From Candidatus Latescibacterota bacterium (GTDB lineage: Bacteria; Latescibacterota; UBA2968): 64,000 nt of DNA. The DNA is taken from contig OZ242195.1 of NCBI GenBank assembly GCA_965205975.1, forward strand, positions 3,904,001 through 3,968,000. The letters are read 5' to 3'. Position numbers and translations under genes: made by a program. The notes beneath the pieces are model-generated. The model was not told the DNA's origin. It saw nothing but the letters and a program-made list of their open reading frames with translations, and ran no database searches. How positions within the stretch are numbered: the first letter of the stretch is position 1; every line of letters begins with the position of its first letter. Of the stretch, positions 18,622 through 29,500 are shown piece after piece.

Positions 18622-19169
18622 GCATGTCCAATCATTTTTTCAAAATCCGCTCTGATAGCCAAATCTTCTCGTATATCCAATATATCATCCTCATCCCATC
18701 CAACAGCACGCAACCAATTATTCCACTCAATAGGTCGAGCAGTGTTACCCGTATCTTCATACTCTGCCAATTTGTGCGTCTGTTGAGATATTTCATGAAA
18801 AGACATATGTCCAACTTCTTCTATCACTTTGTTGATATATTCCATATTCGCTTCAGACAACGCACCTGTACCAACTTCAACATCTCGCAACTTTACAAGA
18901 TGTTTGGTATCAAGCCCCCAAAATACCTTATTCCAATACCTACCATTGCCTTCTTTTATCAATCTATATGTACAGCTCAATAACGGTCCAAACTTCATAT
19001 TACAAGGACGATCAAAAGTGATGGGATAACCGCGGTCCTCCAGAGACTTTCGATCTATCAAATAGATTATCTTGAGCAATTTGCCCATATCCATCTTATT
19101 GTTAAATTTCTTTACCAATAAGGCAGCAACCTGCACTGTTTTTCTCTCATCAAAATCAGGAAGTTTCAA
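18612..19169 (-). CDS. Panacea-domain (DUF4065/SocA/GepA-like) antitoxin
   Basis: FDERKTVQVAALL...KLLKIIYLIDR...GYPITFD...MKFGP; start uncertain (TTG at 19169 chosen; frame open to 19316); AT-rich. Confidence 0.8.
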   Translation of the reverse strand: MKLPDFDERKTVQVAALLVKKFNNKMDMGKLLKIIYLIDRKSLEDRGYPITFDRPCNMKFGPLLSCTYRLIKEGNGRYWNKVFWGLDTKHLVKLRDVEVGTGALSEANMEYINKVIEEVGHMSFHEISQQTHKLAEYEDTGNTARPIEWNNWLRAVGWDEDDILDIREDLAIRADFEKMIGHAWD

Positions 19170-19300
19170 GTCGTCAACGTGAGAGGACCGTAATGTTGCC
19201 AGACTCGTTGGACAAGATTCGAGGTAACACCAGTGTACAGGGTTCCGTTGCGTTTGCTCGCCATGATATATACGCAGGGTTGGTTCATTCCTTAAATATT

Positions 19301-19362
19301 CTGGATCGCGGCTCAACTACATAGCCTGCCCCGTAGTGATTCTATACGGGGCCGCGATGACG
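19301..19362 (-). repeat. CGTC-type palindrome with nested 27 bp hairpin
   Basis: ctggatcgcggc...cctgccccgta...tacgggg...ccgcgatgacg. Confidence 0.85.
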
Positions 19363-19548
19363 AGTGCCACCGCATAGGCATGTGTCGTAATAGCCTGCTC
19401 TGGAATGTTTTAATCCAGAGATTCTATACGGCAGGCTTTGCTCGACACCTCTGGATTAATGAATTCATTAAAAATAATGAAGTATAAACAGACAAAAAGC
19501 AAGCGGAAATAGTCTGTCCCCTTTATTAACACCTCAAGGGACAGATAA

Positions 19549-19617
19549 AACCTTCTGGATCGCGGCTCAAGCATGTCCCTGCATGGTGTTGAGCAGGGAA
19601 CCCATACCGCGATGACG
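19549..19617 (-). repeat. CGTC-type palindrome with nested hairpin
   Basis: aaccttctggatcgcgg...tccctgc...gcaggga...ccgcgatgacg. Confidence 0.85.
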
Positions 19618-19661
19618 GCGGTACCCTCTTCTCCCTTCACACTTCATTCTTCTCCCTTCTC

Positions 19662-19690
19662 TTGACAGCCCGCGCGTCGCATCGTATCAT
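19662..19690 (+). promoter_or_regulatory. Sigma-70 promoter of the FGE gene
   Basis: TTGACA-N17-TATCAT. Confidence 0.7.
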
Positions 19691-19732
19691 TAAACCCGTA
19701 TTCACGCAACCCATAACCTCAGGAGAATCGCT

Positions 19733-20674
19733 ATGTCCTCCCCCTGCTGCGGTGCGAGCAGACCTGTCTCATCCAAAAAAAGAAAAACGCGCAAACAAAA
19801 AAACAGGCGCAGAAATGACACACCCCTCAAAAACATGATCCGCATATCGGGCGGCACATTTCTCATGGGAACAGACAGCGACGAAGGCTTCGCAGAAGAC
19901 GGCGAAGGACCCATGAGAGAAGTCACAATCGATCCCTTTTACCTCGATGCGTGCGCCGTCACCAACGCCGACTTTGCCAAATTCGTCCGCACAACCGCGT
20001 ACAAAACCGAAGCCGAACGCTTTGGCTGGTCCTTTGTATTCCACCTCTTTGTACCTCCCAACACCGCATCGCACATCTCGCAAACCGTCGTAGATACCCC
20101 CTGGTGGTTTGCTGTTGACGGCGCCTGCTGGCACCGCCCCGAAGGACCGGGAACAAATGTCAACAACCGCTGGAACCACCCCGCCATCCACATCTCGTGG
20201 AACGACGCCGTCGCCTATTGCAACTGGACGGGAAAACGCCTGCCCACAGAAGCCGAATGGGAATTTGCCGCACGGGGCGGCTTAAACAGCATGCGCTACC
20301 CCTGGGGAGACGACCTCGAACCCAACGGCAAACACATGTGCAACATCTGGCAGGGCACATTCCCCGAAGAAAACACCAGAGCAGATGGGCACATCGGCAC
20401 CGCACCCGTCACCTCATACCCCCCCAACAACTACGGCATCTACAACATCTCGGGCAACGTCTGGGAATGGTGCAGCGACTGGTTCAGCCCCACCTTTCAC
20501 CTCAAAAGCACCTCTGTAAACCCCACGGGACCCCACATCGGACAGGCGAAAAGCATGCGCGGCGGCTCCTACCTTTGCCACGACTCCTACTGCAACCGAT
20601 ACCGCGTTGCTGCCCGCAGCGCAAACACCCCGGACAGCTCCACGGGCAATCTGGGGTTTCGGTGTGCGAGGTGA
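19733..20674 (+). CDS. Formylglycine-generating enzyme (sulfatase-modifying factor)
   Basis: RLPTEAEWEFAARGG, GNVWEW, RGGSYLCHDSYCNRYRVAAR with both catalytic Cys; AGGAG RBS. Confidence 0.92.
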   Translation: MSSPCCGASRPVSSKKRKTRKQKNRRRNDTPLKNMIRISGGTFLMGTDSDEGFAEDGEGPMREVTIDPFYLDACAVTNADFAKFVRTTAYKTEAERFGWSFVFHLFVPPNTASHISQTVVDTPWWFAVDGACWHRPEGPGTNVNNRWNHPAIHISWNDAVAYCNWTGKRLPTEAEWEFAARGGLNSMRYPWGDDLEPNGKHMCNIWQGTFPEENTRADGHIGTAPVTSYPPNNYGIYNISGNVWEWCSDWFSPTFHLKSTSVNPTGPHIGQAKSMRGGSYLCHDSYCNRYRVAARSANTPDSSTGNLGFRCAR

Positions 20675-20679
20675 GGCGC

Positions 20680-20767
20680 GAATAGACGAATCAACGAATA
20701 GACGAATCAACGAATAGACGAATCAACGAATAGACGAATCAACGAATAGACGAATCGGCGAACAGAC
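20680..20767. repeat. Tandem 8/16-mer repeat (gaatagac-gaatcaac)
   Basis: Direct reading. Confidence 0.9.
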
Positions 20768-20807
20768 AAAAAAAGCGGAAGACGCAAACACGTCTTCCGC
20801 TTTTTTT
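20768..20807. terminator. Bidirectional intrinsic terminator
   Basis: A7-gcggaagacg-loop-cgtcttccgc-T7 between convergent genes. Confidence 0.9.
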
Positions 20808-20834
20808 CACACTTCCTACTTCACACTTCACACT

Positions 20835-21278
20835 TCACTCTCTAACCACCCACACCTTCACAGACACCACAACCCCTGCATAAAGCCGAATGGGCACATC
20901 ATATACCCCCAGTGCTCGAATCGGCTCTTCAAGCTCTATGTCTCGGCGATCAATATCGAACCCCAGATCACTGAGCGCAGCTGCTATTTGCTGTGCCGTC
21001 ACCGATCCAAAAATGCGATCCTCTTCGCCAGCCTTAACCGCCACATTGCACGAAACCTCTTTCAAAGCCTCTGCCAGCGACTCGGCACCGCGCGTTTCAC
21101 GCGCGCGTTGGGCTTCGCGTTGCTGGCGCACCTTCTCGTACACCGCCATATTTTGCTCATTTGCAATCAGCGCCACCGAACGAGGCAGCAAAAAATTTCG
21201 CGCATAGCCATCCTTCACCTCAACCACATCGCCAGCATTGCCCAGCGCATCCACATCTGCTGTAAGAATAATTTTCAT
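20835..21278 (-). CDS. rplI: 50S ribosomal protein L9
   Basis: LGNAGDVVEVKDGYARNFLLP; IFGSVT. Confidence 0.97.
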   Translation of the reverse strand: MKIILTADVDALGNAGDVVEVKDGYARNFLLPRSVALIANEQNMAVYEKVRQQREAQRARETRGAESLAEALKEVSCNVAVKAGEEDRIFGSVTAQQIAAALSDLGFDIDRRDIELEEPIRALGVYDVPIRLYAGVVVSVKVWVVRE

Positions 21279-21301
21279 AATATATTCCCGGAATATTAAG
21301 C

Positions 21302-21328
21302 GGGCGGGCACGGAGGCACCGCCCCTAC
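21302..21328 (-). repeat. GTAG-type REP
   Basis: gggcgggcacggaggcaccgcccctac; relatives at 12161, 14621, 24170, 25544, 26522, 43007, 46933. Confidence 0.85.
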
Positions 21329-21331
21329 AAT

Positions 21332-21583
21332 CTAACGAATCGAATCATTCACATAAGGCATAAGCGCGAGGAAGCGGGCGTGCTTAATCGCGCGCACCAA
21401 TGCGCGCTGCCCCTTTGCACACGTACCCGTCATACGCCGGGGAACAATTTTCCCGCGCTCGGTAACAAACCGGCGCAACAAACGCTCATTCTTATAATGA
21501 ACATCCAAACGGTGTGCTTCAAAATGGCAGGCCCCTGTATGACCCTCGCAAATATGGCAAACCTTCACTCGTCCTCTATTCAT
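21332..21583 (-). CDS. rpsR: 30S ribosomal protein S18
   Basis: [24 protein letters not shown]...[13 protein letters not shown]. Confidence 0.95.
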   Translation of the reverse strand: MNRGRVKVCHICEGHTGACHFEAHRLDVHYKNERLLRRFVTERGKIVPRRMTGTCAKGQRALVRAIKHARFLALMPYVNDSIR

Positions 21584-21942
21584 TGGGCAACCTCCTCTTC
21601 GATAACATCTTCAGACAATTCTTCAGCCGCCTCTTCAGCGTCATCCTCTTCCTCTTGAGGAGGAATTTCAGTCTGAAGAATCAGATGCCGCAAAACAGCC
21701 TCATCCAAACGGCACGCCCGCTCAACATCCGCAATCGCGCCCGGATCGGCCTGAAAATAAAAAATTGTATAGTCGCCCTGCTGCCGCTTTTGAATCTCAT
21801 AAGCGAGCCTGCGCACGCCCCAGCGGTCAATATTGACCACCGTAGCGCCCTGATCGGCGAGCAATGACGCATAGCGTTCGACCGTCTCATCCGCATTCTC
21901 CTGCGTACCGACAATCAAAACCATCTCGTACTCTCGTGACAT
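21580..21942 (-). CDS. rpsF: 30S ribosomal protein S6
   Basis: [26 protein letters not shown]. Confidence 0.96.
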   Translation of the reverse strand: MSREYEMVLIVGTQENADETVERYASLLADQGATVVNIDRWGVRRLAYEIQKRQQGDYTIFYFQADPGAIADVERACRLDEAVLRHLILQTEIPPQEEEDDAEEAAEELSEDVIEEEVAQ

Positions 21943-22002
21943 AAACTATCCCCCATGGACGTGTGGTTCAGAAAACCGTGTTCTGAACGAGGAAAAAAAG
22001 CG

Positions 22003-22157
22003 CGAATCTGCGAATCTACGAATCTACGAATCTACGAATCTACGAATCTGCGAATCTACGACGGAGTTTGTAACGACTTTGGGTGGTTGAGCGGGGTTCG
22101 TCTATTCGTCTATTCGTCTATTCGTCTATTCGTCTATTCGTCTATTCGTCTATTCGT
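22003..22157. repeat. Composite element: opposing 8-mer arrays around a conserved G-rich core
   Basis: (cgaatcta)n - gactttgggtggttgagcgggg - (ttcgtcta)n; second copy at 34663-34756. Confidence 0.85.
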
Positions 22158-24152
22158 TCACACCAACATTGGAGCCAGAATCAGCGAAACCACCGACATC
22201 AACTTAATCAAAATATTCAACGCGGGACCAGACGTATCTTTTAACGGATCGCCAACCGTATCGCCAACCACGGCAGCTTTATGCGCCTCGGACCCCTTAC
22301 CCCCCAAATTGCCCCCCTCAATCAACTTCTTCGCATTGTCCAGCGCCCCCCCACTATTTGCCATCATCAGCGCCAGCAACACACCCGACACAGTCGCACC
22401 CGCCAGCATACCGCCCAACGCCTCGGCCCCCAGAACAAAGCCCACCAGCACCGGCGTCAAAACAGCCACCAGCCCCGGCACCACCATCTCGCGCAAAGCC
22501 GCGACAGAACTGATATCGACACAGCGACGCGTATCCGGCTTGCCCGTCCCCTCCATCAACCCTGGAATCTCGCGGAACTGCCGACGCACCTCTTCAACCA
22601 TCTTAAACGCCGCATTGCCCACACTCGTCATCGTCAACGCCGCCACGCAAAAAGGCACACCACCGCCCAAAAACAAACCGATCACAACCAGAGGTTTGAC
22701 CAGATTAATAGACTCTATCCCCACAGCCGCCGAATACGCGGAAAACAGCGCCAGCGCAGTCAGCGCAGCAGAACCAATCGCAAACCCCTTGCCAATCGCC
22801 GCCGTCGTATTCCCGATCGAATCCAGCTCATCGGTAATCTCGCGCGTCTCCGGACCCAAATTCGCCATCTCGGAAATACCGCCCGCATTATCTGCAATCG
22901 GACCGTAAGCATCCACCGCCATCGTAACACCCACAGTCGATAACATACCCACAGCCGCAATACCAATACCGTATAACCCCGCAAAGTGAAACGACCCTGC
23001 AATAGCGACACAAATCCCCAAAACCGGCAACGTCGTACTCTCCATCCCCACCGCCAAACCCGCGATCATATTCGTCGCCGACCCCGTCTCTGAAGAATGT
23101 GCAATGCGCCTTACAGGCGCCCCGCCCGTATAGTATTCCGTCATCAGTGCAATGGCAATACCAACGAGACAACCAAAGAGAATCGCCCAAAACACCCCGC
23201 GAGCCAGACCGAGATATTCCGCGGCAAAAAAAGATCCCACAAGCATCAAAACAGCGGAAATATACGTGGCATAGCGCAACGCAGCATCCGGGCTTAAAGA
23301 CTGCAAAACGCGAATGGACCCCACCCCGATCAGCGACGCCAACAAACCGATCATAACCACGATAAGGGGATATTGCATCGCAGCGACCCTCACCATCTCC
23401 GAATCGCCCCCCAACGCGCTCAACGCCGTGCCACCAGCCGTTGCCGCAATCGCAATCGTCGCAATAATAGACCCCACATAAGACTCAAAAATATCCGCCC
23501 CCATCCCGGCCACATCGCCCACATTATCGCCCACATGATCTGCAATAACAGCCGGATTTCTCGGATCGTCTTCCGGTATCCCGGCCTCAACCTTACCCAC
23601 CAGATCTGCACCCACATCCGCAGTCTTCGTATAAATACCGCCCCCGACCCGGGCAAACAGCGCAATAGAACTCGCCCCCATAGCAAAACCATTAATCATA
23701 GCCGCCTGATCGGGTTTGCCGTAAAAATAAAAAAGCAAGCCCACGCCAAAAAGCCCCAGACTTGCTACAGACAGCCCCATCACTGCGCCACCTGAAAACG
23801 CGACATTTAACGCCTTATCCCGCCCGCTCTCACTGGCGGCATAAGCCGTCCGCACATTTGCCTTGGTCGCTGCCTTCATCCCGATAAAACCCGCGCCAAG
23901 CGAACAAAGCGCGCCGCCCAAAAAAGATATGGCCGTGGGCAAATTGATACCCCAGCACACCAGCGCGAACACCACAACAATAAAAACAGATAGCACACTG
24001 TATTCGCGTTTCAAAAAGGTCACGGCCCCATCCTGGATATCTGCTGCGATCTCTCGCATCAACGCCGTGCCCTCTGGTTGTCTGGCAACATAGAGATAAA
24101 TCAAACCAGCGCAAACCAGCCCAACCACGCCCAGCACAGGTGCCAAAATCAT
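22158..24152 (-). CDS. hppA: Membrane-bound cation-translocating pyrophosphatase, K+-dependent type
   Basis: [27 protein letters not shown] (Ala marks K+ dependence), [10 protein letters not shown]. Confidence 0.95.
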   Translation of the reverse strand: MILAPVLGVVGLVCAGLIYLYVARQPEGTALMREIAADIQDGAVTFLKREYSVLSVFIVVVFALVCWGINLPTAISFLGGALCSLGAGFIGMKAATKANVRTAYAASESGRDKALNVAFSGGAVMGLSVASLGLFGVGLLFYFYGKPDQAAMINGFAMGASSIALFARVGGGIYTKTADVGADLVGKVEAGIPEDDPRNPAVIADHVGDNVGDVAGMGADIFESYVGSIIATIAIAATAGGTALSALGGDSEMVRVAAMQYPLIVVMIGLLASLIGVGSIRVLQSLSPDAALRYATYISAVLMLVGSFFAAEYLGLARGVFWAILFGCLVGIAIALMTEYYTGGAPVRRIAHSSETGSATNMIAGLAVGMESTTLPVLGICVAIAGSFHFAGLYGIGIAAVGMLSTVGVTMAVDAYGPIADNAGGISEMANLGPETREITDELDSIGNTTAAIGKGFAIGSAALTALALFSAYSAAVGIESINLVKPLVVIGLFLGGGVPFCVAALTMTSVGNAAFKMVEEVRRQFREIPGLMEGTGKPDTRRCVDISSVAALREMVVPGLVAVLTPVLVGFVLGAEALGGMLAGATVSGVLLALMMANSGGALDNAKKLIEGGNLGGKGSEAHKAAVVGDTVGDPLKDTSGPALNILIKLMSVVSLILAPMLV

Positions 24153-24268
24153 AAAAATCTCCAAAATCAGGGCGAGGCATGCCTCGCCCCTACATATCAA
24201 CGCGCAATGACGGGCGGGTTTGGAGCGATGTACAACTGCGACAGCAGTTCAACCCACCCCTACATCAT

Positions 24269-24841
24269 CTAATTATACTGATTCATCGCCCGTTCAATAC
24301 CTTGTGTTGCCCAACAAAGCGCGCCCTTAACCGCATGCCCAACAGCATCTACAATCACATCTCCATCTTCGAATGGAAACTCACCCAACACATAATCGAT
24401 CATCCCGTCCAACTCGGCGGGGTGCCCAATACCGATGCGCAACCGCGGAAAATCCGCAGACCCCAACGCGCGTTCAACAGACCGCAAACCATTGTGCCCG
24501 CCGTGACTTCCCGTGCGCCGGAAGCGCAACCGCCCCAAACTCAGATGCACATCGTCAACCACCACCAGCACATCTGCTGGCCCAACCTGAAAACACCGCA
24601 CAACCTCGGCCACACCCAAACCGCTCTTATTCATATAAGTCAGCGGCTTGACCAGCACCAGATCATCTGAAAACCTGCACCACGCACAAAACTCAAACGC
24701 ATGCCAGGGCTTATGTTTCCCCAGCGCATCAACCACCCAAAACCCCACATTGTGGCGCGTACGTGCATAGCGCGCGCCCGGATTGCCCAGCCCCACAATC
24801 GCCTTTGTGTACGGCCGAAAAATTTTTCGGCCCCTACTCAT
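24269..24841 (-). CDS. pth: Peptidyl-tRNA hydrolase
   Basis: IVGLGNPG, TRHNVGF, KPLTYMN, GGHNGLRS, RLRIGIG. Confidence 0.95.
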   Translation of the reverse strand: MSRGRKIFRPYTKAIVGLGNPGARYARTRHNVGFWVVDALGKHKPWHAFEFCAWCRFSDDLVLVKPLTYMNKSGLGVAEVVRCFQVGPADVLVVVDDVHLSLGRLRFRRTGSHGGHNGLRSVERALGSADFPRLRIGIGHPAELDGMIDYVLGEFPFEDGDVIVDAVGHAVKGALCWATQGIERAMNQYN

Positions 24842-25529
24842 CGCCTTCTTCGTCATCGTCGCGCCTTCTGCCGCGCTCAATAAGCTCTGGCTCCTGCATT
24901 TCTTCGCCTTCTTCGCCCTCAGCGACCAATCCTTCTTCGTCCTCCACATCCTCTTCTTCTTCGATAACAAGCGCGGGCGCAGCCACCGCAAACATCGTGC
25001 GGTCGCTCTCCGTCACAATAGACAAATCATCGCTATCCAGAACAATATCCGAAACGTGCAGCGAATCCCCGATATCCAAATCCGACACATCAACTGCAAT
25101 ATTATCGGGTATATCTGTAGGCAGGCACTCGACCTCAAGCTCGTGCAACATCTGTTCCAGAATCCCCTCGCTAATCCGCACCCCAACGGCCGACCCCGTA
25201 GCGTGAATAGGCACCTCAACCACAATTTTGCGCGTCAAATCAATGCGGTGAAAATCCACATGCAATATCTCGCCGTGCACGGGATGATACTGAATATCCT
25301 TAATAATAGTACTATGGCTCGTATCGCCTGCGCTCAGCGAAATAATCGCATTGCGACCGTGTGCCTTCAGCAAATCGGACAATGTGCGATAATCCACAGA
25401 ACAGGCAACAGGCGCGGAATCTTCGCCATAAACAACCGCGGGCAACTGACCGCGATAGCGCAAGCGCTTGGCAAATTTCTTTCCCGATTCCGTGCGAACA
25501 TCTGCATTGAGAGAAACTTGATCGGACAT
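24834..25529 (-). CDS. rplY: 50S ribosomal protein L25/Ctc
   Basis: LPAVVYG, IQYHPV, HVDFHRI, acidic tail; GGAG RBS before MSDQ. Confidence 0.95.
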   Translation of the reverse strand: MSDQVSLNADVRTESGKKFAKRLRYRGQLPAVVYGEDSAPVACSVDYRTLSDLLKAHGRNAIISLSAGDTSHSTIIKDIQYHPVHGEILHVDFHRIDLTRKIVVEVPIHATGSAVGVRISEGILEQMLHELEVECLPTDIPDNIAVDVSDLDIGDSLHVSDIVLDSDDLSIVTESDRTMFAVAAPALVIEEEEDVEDEEGLVAEGEEGEEMQEPELIERGRRRDDDEEGDE

Positions 25530-25575
25530 ATCTATTCTCCAGCGGGCGGGCACAGGGGCACCGCCCCTACATAAA

Positions 25576-26427
25576 TCAAACAGGACAACACAAAAACGCC
25601 CGAAACTGATCGGACCTGAACCTCGCCCAAACAGCCTCGGCAACATCTCGAGACTCAAAAACACCGTAAAGCGTGGAACCACTGCCAGACATCGACGCAA
25701 CTATTGCGCCAGCATCTGTCAACCGCGACAAAATGCCGCGCGTCTCTGGATGCGTTTGAACAATAAGCGGCAAAAAATCGTTTTCAATACGCTCAAAAAA
25801 ATCTGAAACGGGTAAATGCTTTACAGAATGGATGAAACTATCATATTCACCATGCCCTGTCAAGGTCTTTTTATAATTTGCAAAAGCCCAGCCCGTATGC
25901 ACCTGAAACCCCGGACAAACCAACACATAGACCACATCTACAGACCAGGGCACATACCGCAAACGCTCTCCCCGACCCGAAACAACTGCCGTGCCCTTTT
26001 GCCGCACAAAAAACGGCACATCGGACCCCAGAGTCGCGCCTATCTCGCGCAGTTCTCCACCTGAAAGACCCGCTTTCCACACCCGATTCAAAACCCGCAA
26101 CACAGCCGCCGCATCTGAACTTCCGCCCCCCAAACCCGCCGCCATCGGAATCCGCTTCTCTATCACAACCTCAACCCCCCGGTCCATTCCCGTATAAGAC
26201 CGAAACGCCGAAACCGCCTGATAAACCAAATTTTCTGGACCTGTGGGCAAATCCGCATCGTCGCACGACAAAATAATCTGCCCCTTCTCGGCGTGCCTGA
26301 AAACGAGGCGGTCACACAGATCCACAGTCTGAAAAACCGACAAAATATCGTGAAACCCATCGCCGCGCCGCCCGAGAATCTTCAACCCCAAATTGAGCTT
26401 TGCATAAGCGTATTCGACAATATCCAA
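25576..26427 (-). CDS. ispE: 4-diphosphocytidyl-2-C-methyl-D-erythritol kinase
   Basis: AKLNLGL, KRIPMAAGLGGGSSDAA, GSDVPFF, MSGSGS. Confidence 0.96.
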   Translation of the reverse strand: MDIVEYAYAKLNLGLKILGRRGDGFHDILSVFQTVDLCDRLVFRHAEKGQIILSCDDADLPTGPENLVYQAVSAFRSYTGMDRGVEVVIEKRIPMAAGLGGGSSDAAAVLRVLNRVWKAGLSGGELREIGATLGSDVPFFVRQKGTAVVSGRGERLRYVPWSVDVVYVLVCPGFQVHTGWAFANYKKTLTGHGEYDSFIHSVKHLPVSDFFERIENDFLPLIVQTHPETRGILSRLTDAGAIVASMSGSGSTLYGVFESRDVAEAVWARFRSDQFRAFLCCPV

Positions 26428-26481
26428 AACGATTATCTCCCATTGACGCTTTTGGCAAAATATAATACATTCGTAAAATAA

Positions 26482-26545
26482 AGAACCTTCTGGATCGCGG
26501 CTTTAAGCATGCCGCGATGATGGGCGAGACATGCCTCGCCCCTAC
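26482..26545 (-). repeat. Adjacent CGTC-type and GTAG-type palindromes
   Basis: gaaccttctggatcgcggc...gccgcgatga followed by gggcgagacatgcctcgcccctac. Confidence 0.85.
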
Positions 26546-26583
26546 GGTTGTTCATCCTTCTCACTTCACACTTCTCACTTCAC

Positions 26584-29500
26584 ATGACCCTTCTAAAAAA
26601 CACATTAATCTGCATCCTCCTCTTCGGCATCTCATCCCACCTCTGCGCGCAGGGGACCCAGGATGAAAACTCCCATTACGAACTCGCACAGCGAATCTTC
26701 AACGATGGCCTCTATGCCGATGCCGCGCGGGAATATAAACAATTCATCATCAACTATCCCAACAGCAAGCGACTGCCCGATGCCATGCTGCGCGTTGGAC
26801 AGGCACTTGCAAGAGCCGAACAATACGACCACGCACTCGAAGCCTTTCGGCAATTCATCGACCGCTACCCCACCCACATCGAAGTAGGCAGTGCAATGCG
26901 CGCACGCGCCAATGCACTCAGCCAACTTGGAGAACACACCCGAGCCGGTGCAGCCTATCGCGACGTACACGCGGCCTATCCCGCCTCGACAAACGCGCCC
27001 CAGGACCTCTTATCAGCCGGAGAGAACTACCACAAAGGCGGCGCCTTACCAGAAGCCGGCGCGGCCTTTCGCCAACTCGTCGAACAATATCCCAAATCGC
27101 CTATAGTCAACGAAGCCACCTTCAACCTGGGCAGAGTCTTACTTGAAGAATCGCGCACCGAAGAAGCCCTCGTACAATTTCGCACCCTCGCCGAACATCC
27201 CGGTTCCGCAAAGCGCAAGCCCGACGCCCTCCTCGAAATGGGCAACATCGCCCTATCGCGCGACAACCTCTCGGAAGCAGAACGCATCTTTGCAAACCTG
27301 CGCGCCAGATATCCCGCAACACTCGCCGCCCAGAACTCGCACCTCATCACAGGCGCGTGGCACGCCGGCAAAAACGACTGGACAAGCGCTGAAAAAACCT
27401 ATAACAACGCCCTTGTAAAAATACCGAACAACACCCGTCGCCAGCAGGCCCTGTTGGGAAGTGCAAATGCAAAACGCAAACTCGGCAAAAGCGAAGGTGC
27501 GCTACAGCGCTACGCCTCATTTCTAAGAGCCTATCCCAAAAGCCCCTTCCACGCCCACGCCCTGATAGGCTATGGCCGCGCATTTGCAGACCTGAAAAAT
27601 TATCGCAACGCACTGGACGCCTTTAGAAATCTACAGGAAAAATATCCAGACGCAGACGTCAGCATCCAGGCTTATGGCGACATCGGAAACATCTGGCGCG
27701 TGCTTGGAACGCACCAAAAAGCATTGACAGCGTATCAAACATACCTCACGCGCATACAATCCCCTATCGAAAAAGCCAATGCACGACTACAAATTGCGCA
27801 AATATGCGAAGACCTGAACTGGTACGACCTCGCAGCCGAAAATTATCGCACCCTGATCAACAGCGCAATACCACACTACGCCTCCGAAGGTCAAATTGGC
27901 CTCGCACGCGTATTTGAAAAAAATGGACAAACCGCACTCGCGCTGCGAGAATATCGCACCTACATTAAAAATCACGGCGACGCCTCGCACGCCGAAACAG
28001 CGGAAACGCGCATCCAACTCCTCACCGAATTTGGCACAGAGACCGACCGCGACCGCATCTATATCGACCTCCTTGCCGACCTGCCCGGCATCGCCGACGA
28101 CCCACACACGCAATTTAAACTGGGCAAAACCCTCCACACCCAAAAACGCTACAACCGCGCAATCCCACACCTCGAAACCGCGCTATCAATCCAGGGAATA
28201 TCCCCCTCAGCCTATGAACACATACTCGTCGAAGAAACACCCGAAACACCTGAAAACACACCCGCAACCACATCAGATGACACACTCGCCTTTGCAGCCG
28301 AAGCCGCACGCGCAGCCGAAGCCGCGCTTGCAGCATTATCTAACCCAGCAACCAGCGATACAACCACCGACGGACGAGACATGTCGGCTAATGACGACAC
28401 ACCCATACCCGATGAATCGGCATTCACCAACGCCCCTGCCTGGGCTTATGAAGCCTATTATCTCCTCGGCAACAGCTACTTAAAACAGGCGCGCAGAGCC
28501 ACCCTCGAAAACAAATCCCCAGACGAATGGCAAAACAAGGGCCTCACAACACTCAAAATACTCGTCAAAATATTTCCCGACAACGACCATGCGAAAAACG
28601 CCGCACTCGCCGTCATACACACAGAAACAGCCGACATACAACCCGACACCCTGCGCGCACAAACGCGCCTGAGCGCCTATCGCGCATATCGTAAAACACA
28701 TCCCAACAGCCCCGATTTGCTCCTGCGAATCGCCGACGCCCATTTCGCCAACACCCATATCGACAGCGCCCTTAGCCTGTACCTCCAAATAGAAAAAAAA
28801 GCTGGGGATCCCACACTCAAAGAAAAAGCCGCCTATCGCATCGGCTTGTGTCGGGCCAAGCAACAACAACACGTACGCGCCGAAGAAACCCTGAAAAACT
28901 TCCTCTTCAACTATCCGCAGAGCGACCTGACACCACACGCGCAATTTCAACTGGGACGCATACTCCTCGACCGGGAATTTTACGCCAGCGCTGCCGAAGC
29001 ATTCTCCGAACTCCTCTCCGCATCTCCAACGCTCGCACTCCAGCGATCTGCCCGCTCGCTATTGGCAGAAAGCTACCATCGCACAGGCAACTATCAACGC
29101 GCCATAGAAATAGACGAAAGCCTGATCACCCACAACACCACCCCTCAACTATTGCGACGCCTCGCCAGATCCTATGCTCAAAACAACCAGCGCGACAAAG
29201 CCATCACAACTTATAACATGTACCTCCGCAAATATCCACAAGCACCCGACGCCGACAGCATCGCCTACACACGCGCCGAACACCTGACATCGCGCAACCG
29301 CACATCAGAAGCCCTCACCGCCTTCCGCGAATTCTCCAAAAAATATCCCAACAGCCCGCTCGGCACACAGGCAGATCAAGCTGTGGGCGACCTCCTCTTT
29401 CAAACGGAAAAATACGCCCAGGCCATCACCGCGTACCGGCGCGTACCAGAACCCGCGCGCAACGAAACCATGGCCGCACGCGAAGTCTTGAGCCTATACC

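Noticed and set aside
24153..24200. Upstream starts in the ORF track for hppA (also rplI, rplY, pth, hisB, the TPR gene and the sigma-54 gene)
   Set aside because: The extensions run through repeats or neighbouring genes; downstream starts match family N-termini
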